The position numbers and the translations under genes were made by a program. Under the pieces are notes generated by a model, which saw nothing but the letters and a program-made list of their open reading frames with translations, ran no database searches and was not told the DNA's origin. DNA of 63,056 nucleotides, filler included, from Psammoneis japonica (Eukaryota): the NCBI GenBank assembly GCA_008632985.1. It is 4 parts of 4 records of this genome, joined end to end, with 100 filler letters (N's around TTAATTAATTAA, not from the genome) between each part and the next. Parts side by side here need not be neighbours in the genome. Positions count along the whole stretch, not along the records: positions 48,151 to 59,239 come from QPGO01000362.1; positions 59,340 to 63,056 come from QPGO01000392.1; 2 more parts are not named here. One strand, 5' to 3'. Below are positions 48,698 through 60,381 of this stretch, in pieces. Positions within the stretch are counted from its first letter, which is position 1, and each line of letters starts with the position of its first letter.

Positions 48698-51600
48698 CTA
48701 GACCATCACAAGCTCAGTCTCGACTCCGGCTGCCTCTAGCTTGCGCTTCACCTTGATTGCATCTTCCTTCTTATAGGCCTCCATGTCTTCGAGTGGGTAA
48801 GGTTGATCCAGAGCTTCGTACTTGTCTCGACCGAGTTCGTGGTAAGGAAAAAGCTCGACGTGCGTAAAGACCGGGTCGAGCTCTTTGGCGAAGTGTATCA
48901 ACTTATCAAGTTCAGAGTCGGTGTCGGTAAGGTTTTTGAGAAGGACCCAACGGAGACTCAATTTGACATGGTCTGCATGGTTGTTGCGAATGTACAACGC
49001 AAAATCCTTGGCCCTCGCCATGTACACCGTCGGATGACGGGCCACATACGCCGCTGTGTCATTATTCATGCCCTTTAAGCACAGCATGACATAGTCTGTA
49101 TGCTGCAACACCTTCTCCCACTGAGGCTCTTGTCCATAGCACGCCGTGTCAAGGCAGGTGGTTACTCCCAAGTCGTGAGCTCGCTCGAAGACAGAGGCAA
49201 CAAAATTGGGCTGGAGCAACGGTTCTCCTCCAGAAATGGTAACTCCGCCCTCTCGTGGGATAAGGAAGGATTTGTACTTAGCCACAATGGACACAAGCTC
49301 TTCATCCGTCATGGCAAACTCTGGATGGCTTTCGGGGTTCACAATATCCTGGGTCTCGGGATTGCAGCAAAATAGACAGCGCTTCGGGCACCCCTGAAGG
49401 AAAATATTTACGCGAATGCCGGGCCCATCGGAGGTAGAGAACGTCTCAAGGGAATATACACATCCCTTCACCACTTTTTGGTCGGGACGCCGCCCGTACT
49501 GGTATGATAGCTCTGACCCTTGCTTACTGTCCGTTGTCTTCTTTTTGTTCAAGATGGATGTGACGCCGGAAGAGTGCATTGTGCGGGCCATGACTTCCGT
49601 TCTCTGTTCGGGACTGAGCTTAGCGAACTTGACACAGTATCCACCAACTCGAATCGTTAGATTCGGATACTTCTCCGGATGTTTATCCGCGTCTTGGAGA
49701 ACCTCTCGACTCAATACATTCACGTTGATATGATGCGCATCCCGCTCAAAGTAACCATCAAGCATTGTAACCAGATTCCGAGGCCTTTTGTCGGGAGAAA
49801 AGCCCAGAGCAGTGGGGAGCAAACAAAATGTGTTGGACACACCGTCCATGCATTTTGCGTATGGAATCTTTGCGACGGATGCCAGCGACGCAAGGGATCC
49901 ATTCTTATCGCGACCGTGCATAGGATTCGCTCCGGGTGCAAAGGGTTCTCCCTTGAGACGGCCGTCAGGCGTTGCGCCGGTCGCCTTGCCGTACACGACG
50001 TTGCTCGTAATCGTCAGGACAGATAGTGTGGCCTTGGCATCGCGATAAAGCTCCTGCTTATCGAGTTCTTCGTGGAAGCGCGAACATATCTTTAAGGCAA
50101 TGTCATCGACTTGGTCATCGTTGTTTCCAAAAGTGGGGATATCGAGGCTTGGATCTTCTCTTTGGAAGCCAACCGTAAGGCCTTCCTCATTGCGAATGGG
50201 GTAGACCTTGTCGTGCTTTATCGTTGAAAGTGAATCTGCGACGACTGATAAACCGGCAATGCCGAATGCCATGAACCGATTCACATTTGTATTGTGGAGT
50301 GCCATTTGGATGTTCTCATAATTGGCACGATCATGCGCAAAGTGAATGCAATTCATTGTCTCGGCGTACAACTTGGCCATCCATGGCATGGCGATATTAA
50401 AGTACATCTTTTCGACCTTTTCGTAGTCCAGCGGGCGATTTTCGTCGCCGGTGCCGACACCAGCGTCCTCGCAGGCCTTCTTGAGCTCGGGACAGAGCAA
50501 TTCGCCGTGGCTCTCATCTCGTCCTCCGTTGAGACACATGAGGAGTAGCTTCACCATGTTGGTACGGGCACCAAAGAACTGCATATCGATGCCGGTTCGC
50601 ATGGCGGATACGCAGCAGGCAATCGAGTAGTCACATCCAAAGATGCTTCGCATCATCTCATCGTTCTCGTACTGAATCGATGACGACGTAATCGACTGCT
50701 TGGCGCAGTAGTTCTTGAAGCCTTCGGGGAGACTTGAAGACCACAACACGGTAAGGTTGGGCTCAGGTGCCGAGTTTAGGTTTGTAAGCGTGTGAAGGAA
50801 GCGGAAGGTGGTCTTTGTCACGAGGCTACTGCCACTTTCTGAACAACCTCCCAACGCGAGTGTGATCCAGGTAGGATCGCCCGAAAACAAGGCATTGTAC
50901 TCTGGACTTCTCAAATGTCGAACTAGGCGCATCTTGATAACAAGATCGTCTATGATCTCTTGTAGCTCCTCTTCCGTCGCCACACCAGCAGCAAGGTCCT
51001 TCTCGGCGAAAATGTCTAGGAAGCCGTCCCACCGACCGACACTCATGGCGGCACCGTCCTGTTCCTTGAGTGCGGCCAAGTGTCCCAGCCACATGGCTTG
51101 AGCAGCTTCCTTGAAGGACGCGGATGGCTTACGGAGGTCAACGCCGTAGGCATCCGCCATGAACAACAGCTCCTTGAGGGCGATAACTTGCTTGGTAATC
51201 TCGGATCGCAGACGCATGTCGGATTCGGTGCTACCAGAAATGGCGACGTAATCCTTTTTCTTCCTTGAAATGAGCTCATCCACACCAAAGAGTGCGAGTC
51301 GACGGTAGTCGCCAATGATTCGACCTCGTCCATAGGCGTCCGGCAATCCCGTAAGCAAATGAACGTGTCGTGCTTGGCGCATTTCCTTGGTGTACGTGCT
51401 AAAGACCAGGTCATTGTGCGTTTCAACGGGACCGCCCGCACCGTAGGTTGCGGCCATGGCATCATCGGCTTCGTAGCCATAGCTCTTGAGTGCGGCCTGG
51501 ACTACCCTAAATCCTCCACGTGGTTTGCAAGAGCGCTTGAGGGGTTCATCGGTTTGAAGACCGACAATCACGTCCTCGTCGGCGGAGAGAAGGTAACCGG

Positions 51601-52071
51601 GTCCATGGGACGTAATGGTTGATGCCTTCTTGGTGTCGACATCTAAGACTCCCTTTTTCAGTTCAAGCTCCATCAACTCTTCACATCGCTTCAGACACTT
51701 GAGAGTACGTTCGGTTGGTGGAGCAAGGAAGGACTCATCGCCGTGGTAGGGTTTCGCCTTTGCGAGAACAAAGGTCTTGACGTCGCAGTCTCCCGGAGAA
51801 GGATCGGGTTTGACGAGTTCGGGTAGCTGGTGAGTTGCCGGTGGTTGCTTACTACCCTGTTGTAGTTTGAGAACACTACGGTCCTCCGGGGATACCGCTG
51901 TGGTTGGTAGAGAAGGGGGGGAGGCACTATGTGAGCGACAAAATGATCAAACCCGTTGCTGTTGAGCCTCATAAACAATTACAACTTCGTTCACTCACAT
52001 CGTACTCGGCCCGCTTCAGAATACCCAAGGGGTTGCTGGTTGATAAGCCTTACTCGACTTGTAATGGTCAT
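48698..52071 (-). CDS. pflB-pflA: Pyruvate formate-lyase fused to its radical-SAM activating enzyme. Predicted exons 52071-51999 and 51897-48698
   Basis: PFL motifs: [10 protein letters not shown] (upstream of the listed ORF start), [41 protein letters not shown] and [16 protein letters not shown] motifs: DGPGIR...[28 protein letters not shown] and [10 protein letters not shown] 101-nt GTGAGT...pyrimidine tract...CAG intron keeps exon 1 in frame. Exon 1 is less certain than the rest. Confidence 0.95.
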
Positions 52072-52949
52072 GGTTTGTATTTTCAAATGCGATTCTTTGT
52101 CGTGTTTCTCTTGTTTGTTTTTTTGTGAGAATTGGCGGTCGGTTCGTGGCCAATTCTTGGGTTCGCATTTGCGATGTGTTTGGGTCGGTTTCATCGGCAT
52201 TTTCAATTATGGGACGTCCGTTAGTGTATCTTCTGTGAATCCCGCCGTGACATTTGCCACGACTTGAAAGAGATGTACATACTGGTTGGCACATAGGTTC
52301 TACGTGTATTTTTTAGCGATGTATCTTATCCAGGTGGCGGATATGCCTACGACATCAGAACATAACGACACCCGTGATGTCGCCTTTTCACAAAAAATCG
52401 GAATTCTCAATTACATCGTTCCGTTCTTGCAACGAATGGTAAAGAGTAAAAGGAATCAATCCAGTAAGGCCCTACCGTGTCGGAAGGAGATAAATGAGTC
52501 GTGTATCCCAAACAATGGAACGGGGTTGAAGAGAGTGAATGAAGGTCGCGTATGAACAACTAGTCGCGGAAGAACTAGTCGCGGAAACTGAGGAGAGAGA
52601 ATAGCTTATAATTTTAGTTGTGTGACAATAATCAATAATATGCTAGGCTCCGAACATACCGAAAAGAGTACGAGTACACAATTGCTGCCTTTCACAAATT
52701 CGGAATTCTCATCTTTACAGAAGAAACCAATTCAGCGCGACAAAATCCAAGCACGTGCTTCGACGACTCCACGCGTCTGGTCGTTCGTCTGTGATCGCAA
52801 TTTCGGTGAGAATCAATCCAGTACTGGAGCGAAAGAGTACACGATAAAGCAAAGTGTTGCATCACAAGAATTTCAGATATGCTCCCTTCTGATTTTAAAA
52901 AGAAAGAAATAACATCTAAAATTGTTTATCTTTTACAACTATCTATCTA

Positions 52950-54086
52950 TTAGACAGGACTGTCGTTTGGTGTTGCACTCTGTCGCGTAGACGATATGAT
53001 TTGCTCGTTGTTTTCACCTTGTTCCACATTGCGATCATGACCAATATTTCTCCAGAAGCTTCTGATTCGTTCCCATGATACGCAATTGCCGTTATTCGTG
53101 TTGCCCATGGTATCAAACACGTACCAGTAGACAGCTCCGATGCAAAGCCCACCACCGACCAAATTCCCCAGCGTCGCGGGCAACAGGGCTTGAAACAAAA
53201 GCTTCGACGCGGAAATGTCGGCGCCCAGCATCATTCCGACGGGAATCAAGAATTGATTGGCGATGCAGTGGTCCAATCCCATGGCGACAAAGCCGGCAAT
53301 GGGAAACCACAGCGCCAACACCTTGCCGGCCACCTCTTCGGCACAAGTTGCTTGCCACACTCCGACACACACCATGAGATTGGCACCAATAGCCTTGAGA
53401 AAAATATTCAACCAAGGTTGGTTGGCCTTCTTCAGTGCGACTTGCACGGCATAGTCATCTTCCCCTAAATCTTGCAACGCATCGCTGAGATACCCAATAA
53501 ACAAGGCCCACAAGAGGCATCCCACAAAGTTGAAGCACCACGATACGGTCCAGTTGCGACACAGCTTTCCAAAGCTCACGTTCCCGCCCAAAAGCGAGGC
53601 GACAAAAATAAGAGCGTCGCCGGTGAAGAGTTCGGCGTTGGTAAGCAAGACGGCAATCAACCCCGTTGGGAACAAGGCGGCGCCCAGCAGTCCACCGCCG
53701 ACACTGAGAAAGAGTTGGCCCGCCATGCCAATATACACCCCGGCCATGATGGACTGTACCGCCAAAACGCGGAGCGTCAATCCCGCCTTGTACTGACCCG
53801 CCTTGTAGATTGCTTGGAGAGCATCCTTGGGAGATTTTGTGGCGGTATGATGAATCAGTGCGGATGGCATCAAGACCACCGGCTGTACTTGTTGTTGTTG
53901 CTGCCGTGGTGATGTATCCGTCCTTGATGTTGTTGTTGTGGTAGGTTTGCTCTTGTTGTCGTCGTCATCGTCCGACAGTGACGAGCATGCTTCTTCCTCG
54001 TCGTTATGGGTTTGTTTGCACTTCAACGAGTTGACGTCGTCGTAGTGGTCGTTTTGTACGGAACTGTCGCTTATCAAGTTGCTCAT
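52950..54086 (-). CDS. Formate/nitrite transporter (FNT, FocA/NirC/NAR1 family)
   Basis: 'LFPTGLIAVLLTNAELFTGD', 'FLKAIGANLMVCVGVW', 'FVAMGLDHCIANQF' and 'TLGNLVGG'. Likely start MSNL at 54086. The longer ORF runs into TpA-depleted repeat DNA. Confidence 0.95.
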   Translation of the reverse strand: MSNLISDSSVQNDHYDDVNSLKCKQTHNDEEEACSSLSDDDDDNKSKPTTTTTSRTDTSPRQQQQQVQPVVLMPSALIHHTATKSPKDALQAIYKAGQYKAGLTLRVLAVQSIMAGVYIGMAGQLFLSVGGGLLGAALFPTGLIAVLLTNAELFTGDALIFVASLLGGNVSFGKLCRNWTVSWCFNFVGCLLWALFIGYLSDALQDLGEDDYAVQVALKKANQPWLNIFLKAIGANLMVCVGVWQATCAEEVAGKVLALWFPIAGFVAMGLDHCIANQFLIPVGMMLGADISASKLLFQALLPATLGNLVGGGLCIGAVYWYVFDTMGNTNNGNCVSWERIRSFWRNIGHDRNVEQGENNEQIISSTRQSATPNDSPV

Positions 54087-55633
54087 GGTGAAATTCTGTA
54101 AAGTGTTCGTTTTGTGTGCGGCGATCGGCGAAGCAAGACAAAAAAAAAAAAGAATTGAGAATGGGCGTTGGATCGGCATTTTCGTCGAGAAAAATGCGAA
54201 CTGTGTGCCGTACGTACGTCGTGCGTACAGAATGTTTTTTCGTCGCGATGATGGGACCCACGTTCTCTGTTCTGTGACGCCATCAAGGCACCTGCTTGGT
54301 GCCCTGCCCTCCTGCTGAGACAGCACCCCCCCTGGCTCCATGTTGTGCAATCTGGTTGCCAGCGTTGGAGCATCAGTTGCCTCATGCATCATGAACTGGC
54401 CTCTTCTTGTTGCTCGTTGCAGCCAATTTCATGTGTTGCCATCAATTGAAAACAGCCAGTGGAAAAGAGTTGGGGGCGAAGCAACAGGTCATCTGATGAG
54501 CAGACAATGGCTGTGGAGTGACATGTCCAGTGCTCTCTGAATGCACTGCAGGGTTGCCTCTGCCACCCAGAGCACCCTGCCTGACTCTTTGGCACTTCTC
54601 TCCGTCCTGGTCGATGCTCGACATGACGCTGTGCTGCTGGGCTTGAGGTGCCATGGAGCAGGGGGCGGGGTTGCCTGGAGCACAAATCTTTTCTCCAGGC
54701 TGCCTGTGACATGTTCAAAGCACCATGCACTGCATGTTGTTTTTTCTGCTGCAAAATCTGTTTCTCTGGAGCAAAGCCAGGCACAGCCACGTTGTCAAAT
54801 CATTTCACATCAACAGAGGCAAGTTTTGCGTTGGTGAGTGCATGAAAACCAAAACAATGAAGTGAAGCTCAACCAAGCAATTCTTGTAGCCAGCGTTGCC
54901 CTTGTCATGATGATGGCTCATGATGGTCTCGCTGGCTCTGCCAGCATTTCTGTTGACAACGTCAGCTTTTCAGTGCAGCGCAAAGATCTCGCCATTTGAC
55001 GGCTCTTTGTGAGACAAGTTTGGCCATGCAGTCACAGTCTCTGGTGACATGGTGGCAGTTGGATCCATTTTTGATGAAAACAAGAAGGGATCCATCCACA
55101 TCCATCAGGGACAAAATGGCTCCTGGGGACAAACACAGAAACGTGGTGTTCCCAGAGGCCAGCGATGTCCAAAAGGACTTTCACATTGGCAACGTGGAGG
55201 TTGTCATGTCTCACAAGACACCTTGGTCGTGCTGGGCAAGTCATGACTCAACGTCATTCTGGTCGCATCTCACGACTGCAACCCAGACTCAGATTTTCTC
55301 TTCGAAACAATTGGCTCATCACAAAATCGATTCAAACAGAAGCAACGACATTCGTCATAATTTTTAGACAACGACTTTGAACAAGCATCTGTTCACCTCT
55401 GTGCTGTTCACATTGCCACCAACCTCCGAGGTCTTGTCCATCCTACCCAGCTGCAGGACTGTATCTCGACTGGTCACAGAACCCAAGTTTGCGCGTTGAC
55501 GAGAGCTCCTGACTGAGTCATCGTCACGGACGCTTTCGGTTTTGATTTTGAAGCAAACCCGGGAAACAGCTGAGTCTCTCTTGCTTCTCTCGTCTTCATT
55601 CTAACAAGAACCTCCCATGCTGCACTCTCTGTC

Positions 55634-58600
55634 ATGGCTGCCATCGATCCGGCTGTTCTGGCGAAGGCGTTTGCCGACGCAATGGCTGCTGATGCCGCAG
55701 CGACCGCTCCTCCGCCTCCAACCAAGCCGTTGCGTGGTGGAGTTCACCCAACCCACGGGGTTTGCATTGGTGGTTCCAAACTCAACGACAGGTGTGAACA
55801 ATCCAACGATAGAACCCACCGATTCGCCTCTCAGCGCCGTCATCCCAAGGCTCTTGACTCGACAGAACGATCTCTCCGCGATCAACAAGCTTCCGCAATG
55901 ACTTCCAAGTTCAACGGTCGACTTGAGATTTCGGACGGTCCCATCAACGAACTTGACAAGGACCATTTCGTCAAGACTGTTCGAGATCCAGTGGAAGCCC
56001 ATGGTCAGCAGACGTTCTACCATGTCAAGAACAGCGACGACACAGTTCAACACATCTTCGATCATCTTCACGAGTTTGCTGTGACCGATCTCGTGAACGA
56101 GCACACGGTTCGGAAAGCAGCTGCCAATGACACCAAGTACGACGAGATCGAGCTCGACGACATCGGGCTCTCTCAACTTCTTGTTCACTCAAGAATCACC
56201 AATGCCTTTCGCGAGAAAATCGAGACCAAGTTCAACCATCTCCAAGACCACCAAGACTGCCCTGGATCTGTTCCATTCATGATGGCTCTCGACACTTGCA
56301 ATGCCAGCGCTCCAACGGACATTGAGACGGCCAAGAAGCAGCTAGAAGACCTTGGTTTGGTTAACTGTCCCGGCGAGGATTGCACGGACTTTGCTGCCGA
56401 AGCTCTTCGCATCGTGAAAATTGTGCAGACCGACTGTGCGCTTCCGGCGAACACAAGCTCCAAGCCCACTCCACAAGATCTCCTCTACGTCCTCTGAATG
56501 CTTCAATTGGTGAGTCTACAACAAGCTCGACGACGTCAAGGCTGTGGAACGCAAGCACCGCCTCAAGAATCCTGCTGACATCGTGTCCGACAGCGATTGC
56601 AACACGCTCGGACCGGTCGGCATCATTGCGTGGATTCAGGAGCAACACAACGAACTCGTGAAGGACGGGGAGTGGCCTGCATTGGTCGCCAAGCTACCCG
56701 AGAGCAATCTTTCGACTACGGACAACCCTGGGAAGATGAAGCACTGCTTTGGTTGCGGTATCGAGGGGCACACCAAGAAGACGTGCCCGAAGTGCAATGC
56801 CAAACCGCCGCGCGACGATCCTCCTCCCAATCCGCCGCCTGCAGCCGACCCTTCTAAGAAGAAGAGGTGACCCATCGCTGCCTGGCGCACCAAATTTGAC
56901 GGGGAAACGAAGAAGGACAAGAATGGCAAGGAATGGAAATGGTGTGCCACGTGCACGGCGAAGGGTGCCGACAAACCTGGAATTTGCCAGAAGCACTCTA
57001 CTGCGGAACATGCCGAAGACCACCACAAGCGCCCTCCCAAGGAGACCCCAGCCGGGAATTTGTCTTCCGTTGCTGATCCGGATGGTGGCGTGCCCATGGG
57101 TCCACCAGCTCAGACTGCCATGGAACCAGAGGGAGACGACTCCGACCCCAACGAGTTGGTTTTCACGGGAATGTGGTGCGCGGCTACGGATGCCGTTGCC
57201 GACCCGGATTTCTGTTCCGCCCCTGTTGCTGCTGCAATCATTGTTGCTCCGGCTTCTTCGGCCGAGAGGGAGAGCAATGCAGTCATTAGTGCTGAGGTGG
57301 TTTGCAACGAAACGAGCCCACCTGTGCTCACCTCAGTCGTGGATCCAGTCGTGTCTCCCATTGTGGTTGAGACTGTCACTCCCGAAGACGCCGATGACTT
57401 CTGTGAATGCTCCGACGCTTTCTCTACATTTGAAAACGAACCACCGGCTATTGAGTTGTTTCCGGCCTCGAAGCTGTGCTCCATCAAGCATCCAGATGAG
57501 TTCTTTGATGCTCCCGCACATTTGATGGACATGCTGTCAGATGACACAAAGTTGGATCTCATCCTTGAACACGACGTACACTTTGAAGACGCATGCTACG
57601 ACTTGCCTCCGTGTGTCACATGTCGTGGCTTCGATTTCCATGATCCAGAGGTCCTGGATGCGGATGATTGTCACGAGGACGTCGAAGACGAGCCCACTTC
57701 GCGTCGATCAATCTTGGGACGGGTCAAGCTGTTCACATTCTGGCTCGCCGCCATGTTTTGGGAAACGGTGCCACATCTTTGCTTTGCTCCGATCCCATGT
57801 GTCCCTCGAGCTCTACGCCGCCAGCGCAAACTCCCAACCTTGCACGGGTTTCCAGCCTCCTGGATGGTCCCATCCGTTGCAGTGATGGCATGGTCAGCAG
57901 TTTGCGCCGGTCAACAGCCCGAGTGTCCATTCTCGAACGTTCCAAGCCGTTTTTCGACCGCCAGCTCTCAAGTCTGACATGTTGTGGAAGAGCTAGATGA
58001 CCGGATAGTGTTGGACACGGGGTCACTGTTCGAATGTCACAGGATCAAAGGCACGCAAGTGCTCACCGAGTTTGTCATGCGCCATCCATCACACGCACTG
58101 AGCACTCGTCTCAAGGCCTGCTGGGAGAGCCTGGAAGTCCCTTGACGGTCTGATGCGATAGACGAATCAGCCTTCTTTGATGCCCATGAGGCACTGGAAC
58201 CTCTCGACGACCAGAAGTGTTTCTTCGACGCTCTTGAGGACTTCAGCCCGGATTTCTTCCGGTTTGACGAGCTCTGTCTGCCGAATCACATCGTGGACAC
58301 CACCCATTTTCAAGATCCTGTGGAACTGTTGGAGGAAGCAAGTGTTAGACCCGTCATCTACAACACCTCCACCATCCAACTGCTCACCGGACAATCTCAA
58401 GCCGACCTCCTTGCATCCGATCCGCAGGCACTCATCGGCCTGTCGGACGAGGCTCTCACGGTCGTCATGGACACTGGCGCCATGCCAGCTGTTGCCCCCG
58501 ACAAAGATGATTTTACGGGGCCTGTGACTGTTCCCAAGAAACCCTTGCAGATCAATGGGATTGCCAACAGTCTGACCATCCAGGGTGCCGGTCCGGTTGC

Positions 58601-59239
58601 GTGGGTGTTCACAACGCTGAGTGGCGCTGCCATCCAACTGAACACCATGGCATGCTACGTCCCTGGAGCCCGTCAACGCCTGCTGTCGCCTCAACGCCTC
58701 TTCAACGAAGAGAAGGGGGCACGTGGGAAGTGTGAGGGCGATGAAACCACTTTCCGTTTGCATGTTGACGGGATGGGCAAGTTGGTCGTGCCACATCATC
58801 AATCAAGCCACTTGCCTGTTGCGTCGATGACCAAGGGCGCATCTGCCGCTCCACAAGTGAATCTACAGATCCTCAATGAGGAGAATCAAAACCTCACGGC
58901 AGGCCAGAAGCTTCTCATCGAAATGCACGCCCGTTTCGGCCATTTGAACTTTGGTCGCGTCCAAGCACTTCTCCGCGCAGTTCCGTTCCTTTCGAACCGT
59001 TTCAAGTCCGCAGCGAAGTGTGACCACCCAAGATGTGAGGTGTGCAAGTGTGCTAAAGGTCACAGACGCTCCCTTGGATCTACTCACAAGTCGACAGTCC
59101 CTGAACGCGACGGGGCCCTTCGAGCTGACCATCTTCGACCGGGTCAGGCTGTCAGCGTTGATCATTTTGAGTCGCGCCTTTTAGGCCGAACCTTCGACTC
59201 ATGTGGCAAAGCCACGTCCAAGCAATTCAAGGCGGTTGC
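55634..59239 (+). mobile_element. Third copia element (gag, protease, GAG-pre-integrase, start of integrase), cut by contig end
   Basis: Zinc knuckle 'CFGCGIEGHTKKTC', protease 'VVMDTGA', 'RLLSPQ', 'HARFGHLN...CEVC' and 'VSVDHFES'. Stops and frameshifts present. Some Tyr retained. LTR limits not defined. Confidence 0.9.
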
Positions 59240-59339
59240 NNNNNNNNNNNNNNNNNNNNNNNNNNNNNNNNNNNNNNNNNNNNTTAATTAATTAANNNNN
59301 NNNNNNNNNNNNNNNNNNNNNNNNNNNNNNNNNNNNNNN
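59240..59339. other. Artificial contig linker
   Basis: N-run + TTAATTAATTAA + N-run. Confidence 0.97.
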
Positions 59340-60381
59340 CATCTCGAAAGAGCTCAGCAACATTCACAGAGTCGCACGCCCAAACTAGTGTGGATGGATG
59401 CCATTTTTAATTCGTTTGAGAGAGTACGTAGACATGCATGACAACAACAACAACAACAACAACAGCGTGCGTGGCAGCACCATTGGTTTCTCTCCAACAT
59501 CACATTCATCAAGGATACAGCCAACAAAAAAGGAGCTTTCGCTGCGCATGCCACGAGCGAGTCGCTATTGTCCTTTGTAGGAGCAGTGGCAGCAGCAGCA
59601 ACGCGTTTCTCCAGCAGCATATCCGAATAGAAGCGACCGTGAACCGCATCACAGAAATCGTTCGTTGGTTGCATCCAGTATACTCGTACAATACCTTCGC
59701 TCCACCATGCCTATGAGTGCTTGCTGAGACAGTTGTTTGACTTTTGATTGACTGGTTCCGGCTCTGCTGCTGATTCCATACTCTGTGGGCATGCTCCCCG
59801 GTGGCTGCAGTCAAGCCCTCAAAGGACTTGTGTGTCTTGACAACACTTAAGTGAATCATTACGTGTAGTCAAGAGAGAGAGAGAGAGAGTGTGTGAAAGA
59901 GAAGGAGTGATGAGTATGAGAGTGCGTAGACATGTACAACAACAATATTGTAGCGTGCGTGGCAGCAGCAGCGTGTCAATGATTTTCACAAGCGGCAGCA
60001 TTCGACTCATGCAACAACAACACAGTTTGTTCAAAACAACTCTCATTGTTGATGTGTTCTACTCACGAGGCGGATAATCCTCCAAACGTTATGACATCGT
60101 TGTTGTTGTTGTTACATGATGATTCGTAGTGCTGTTGGTGTAGCGTCATGGTTGTTCAAGACCGCGAGCCGATGTGTGATGTGTGTGTGTGTGATGTGTG
60201 GTTCGTGATAGACTAGCGGAATCGCACCACAGACAGACTTTTTTGATTTTTGGAACAAACGCGAAAAACAGCACACAATGACACGAGCCAAACGACGCAA
60301 ATGTACGGTCTACCAAAGGAACTAAACTACAAAAAAATACAGTGTGATTGATACAAGAGGATGTAGCGCAAAATACATTTT

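Noticed and set aside
54087..54392. 101-aa N-terminal extension of the FNT ORF
   Set aside because: It runs into TpA-depleted repeat DNA that lacks stops. The ATG at 54086 is the more plausible start.
59440..60195. (CAA)n, (GA)n and (GT)n tracts
   Set aside because: Ordinary intergenic microsatellites.
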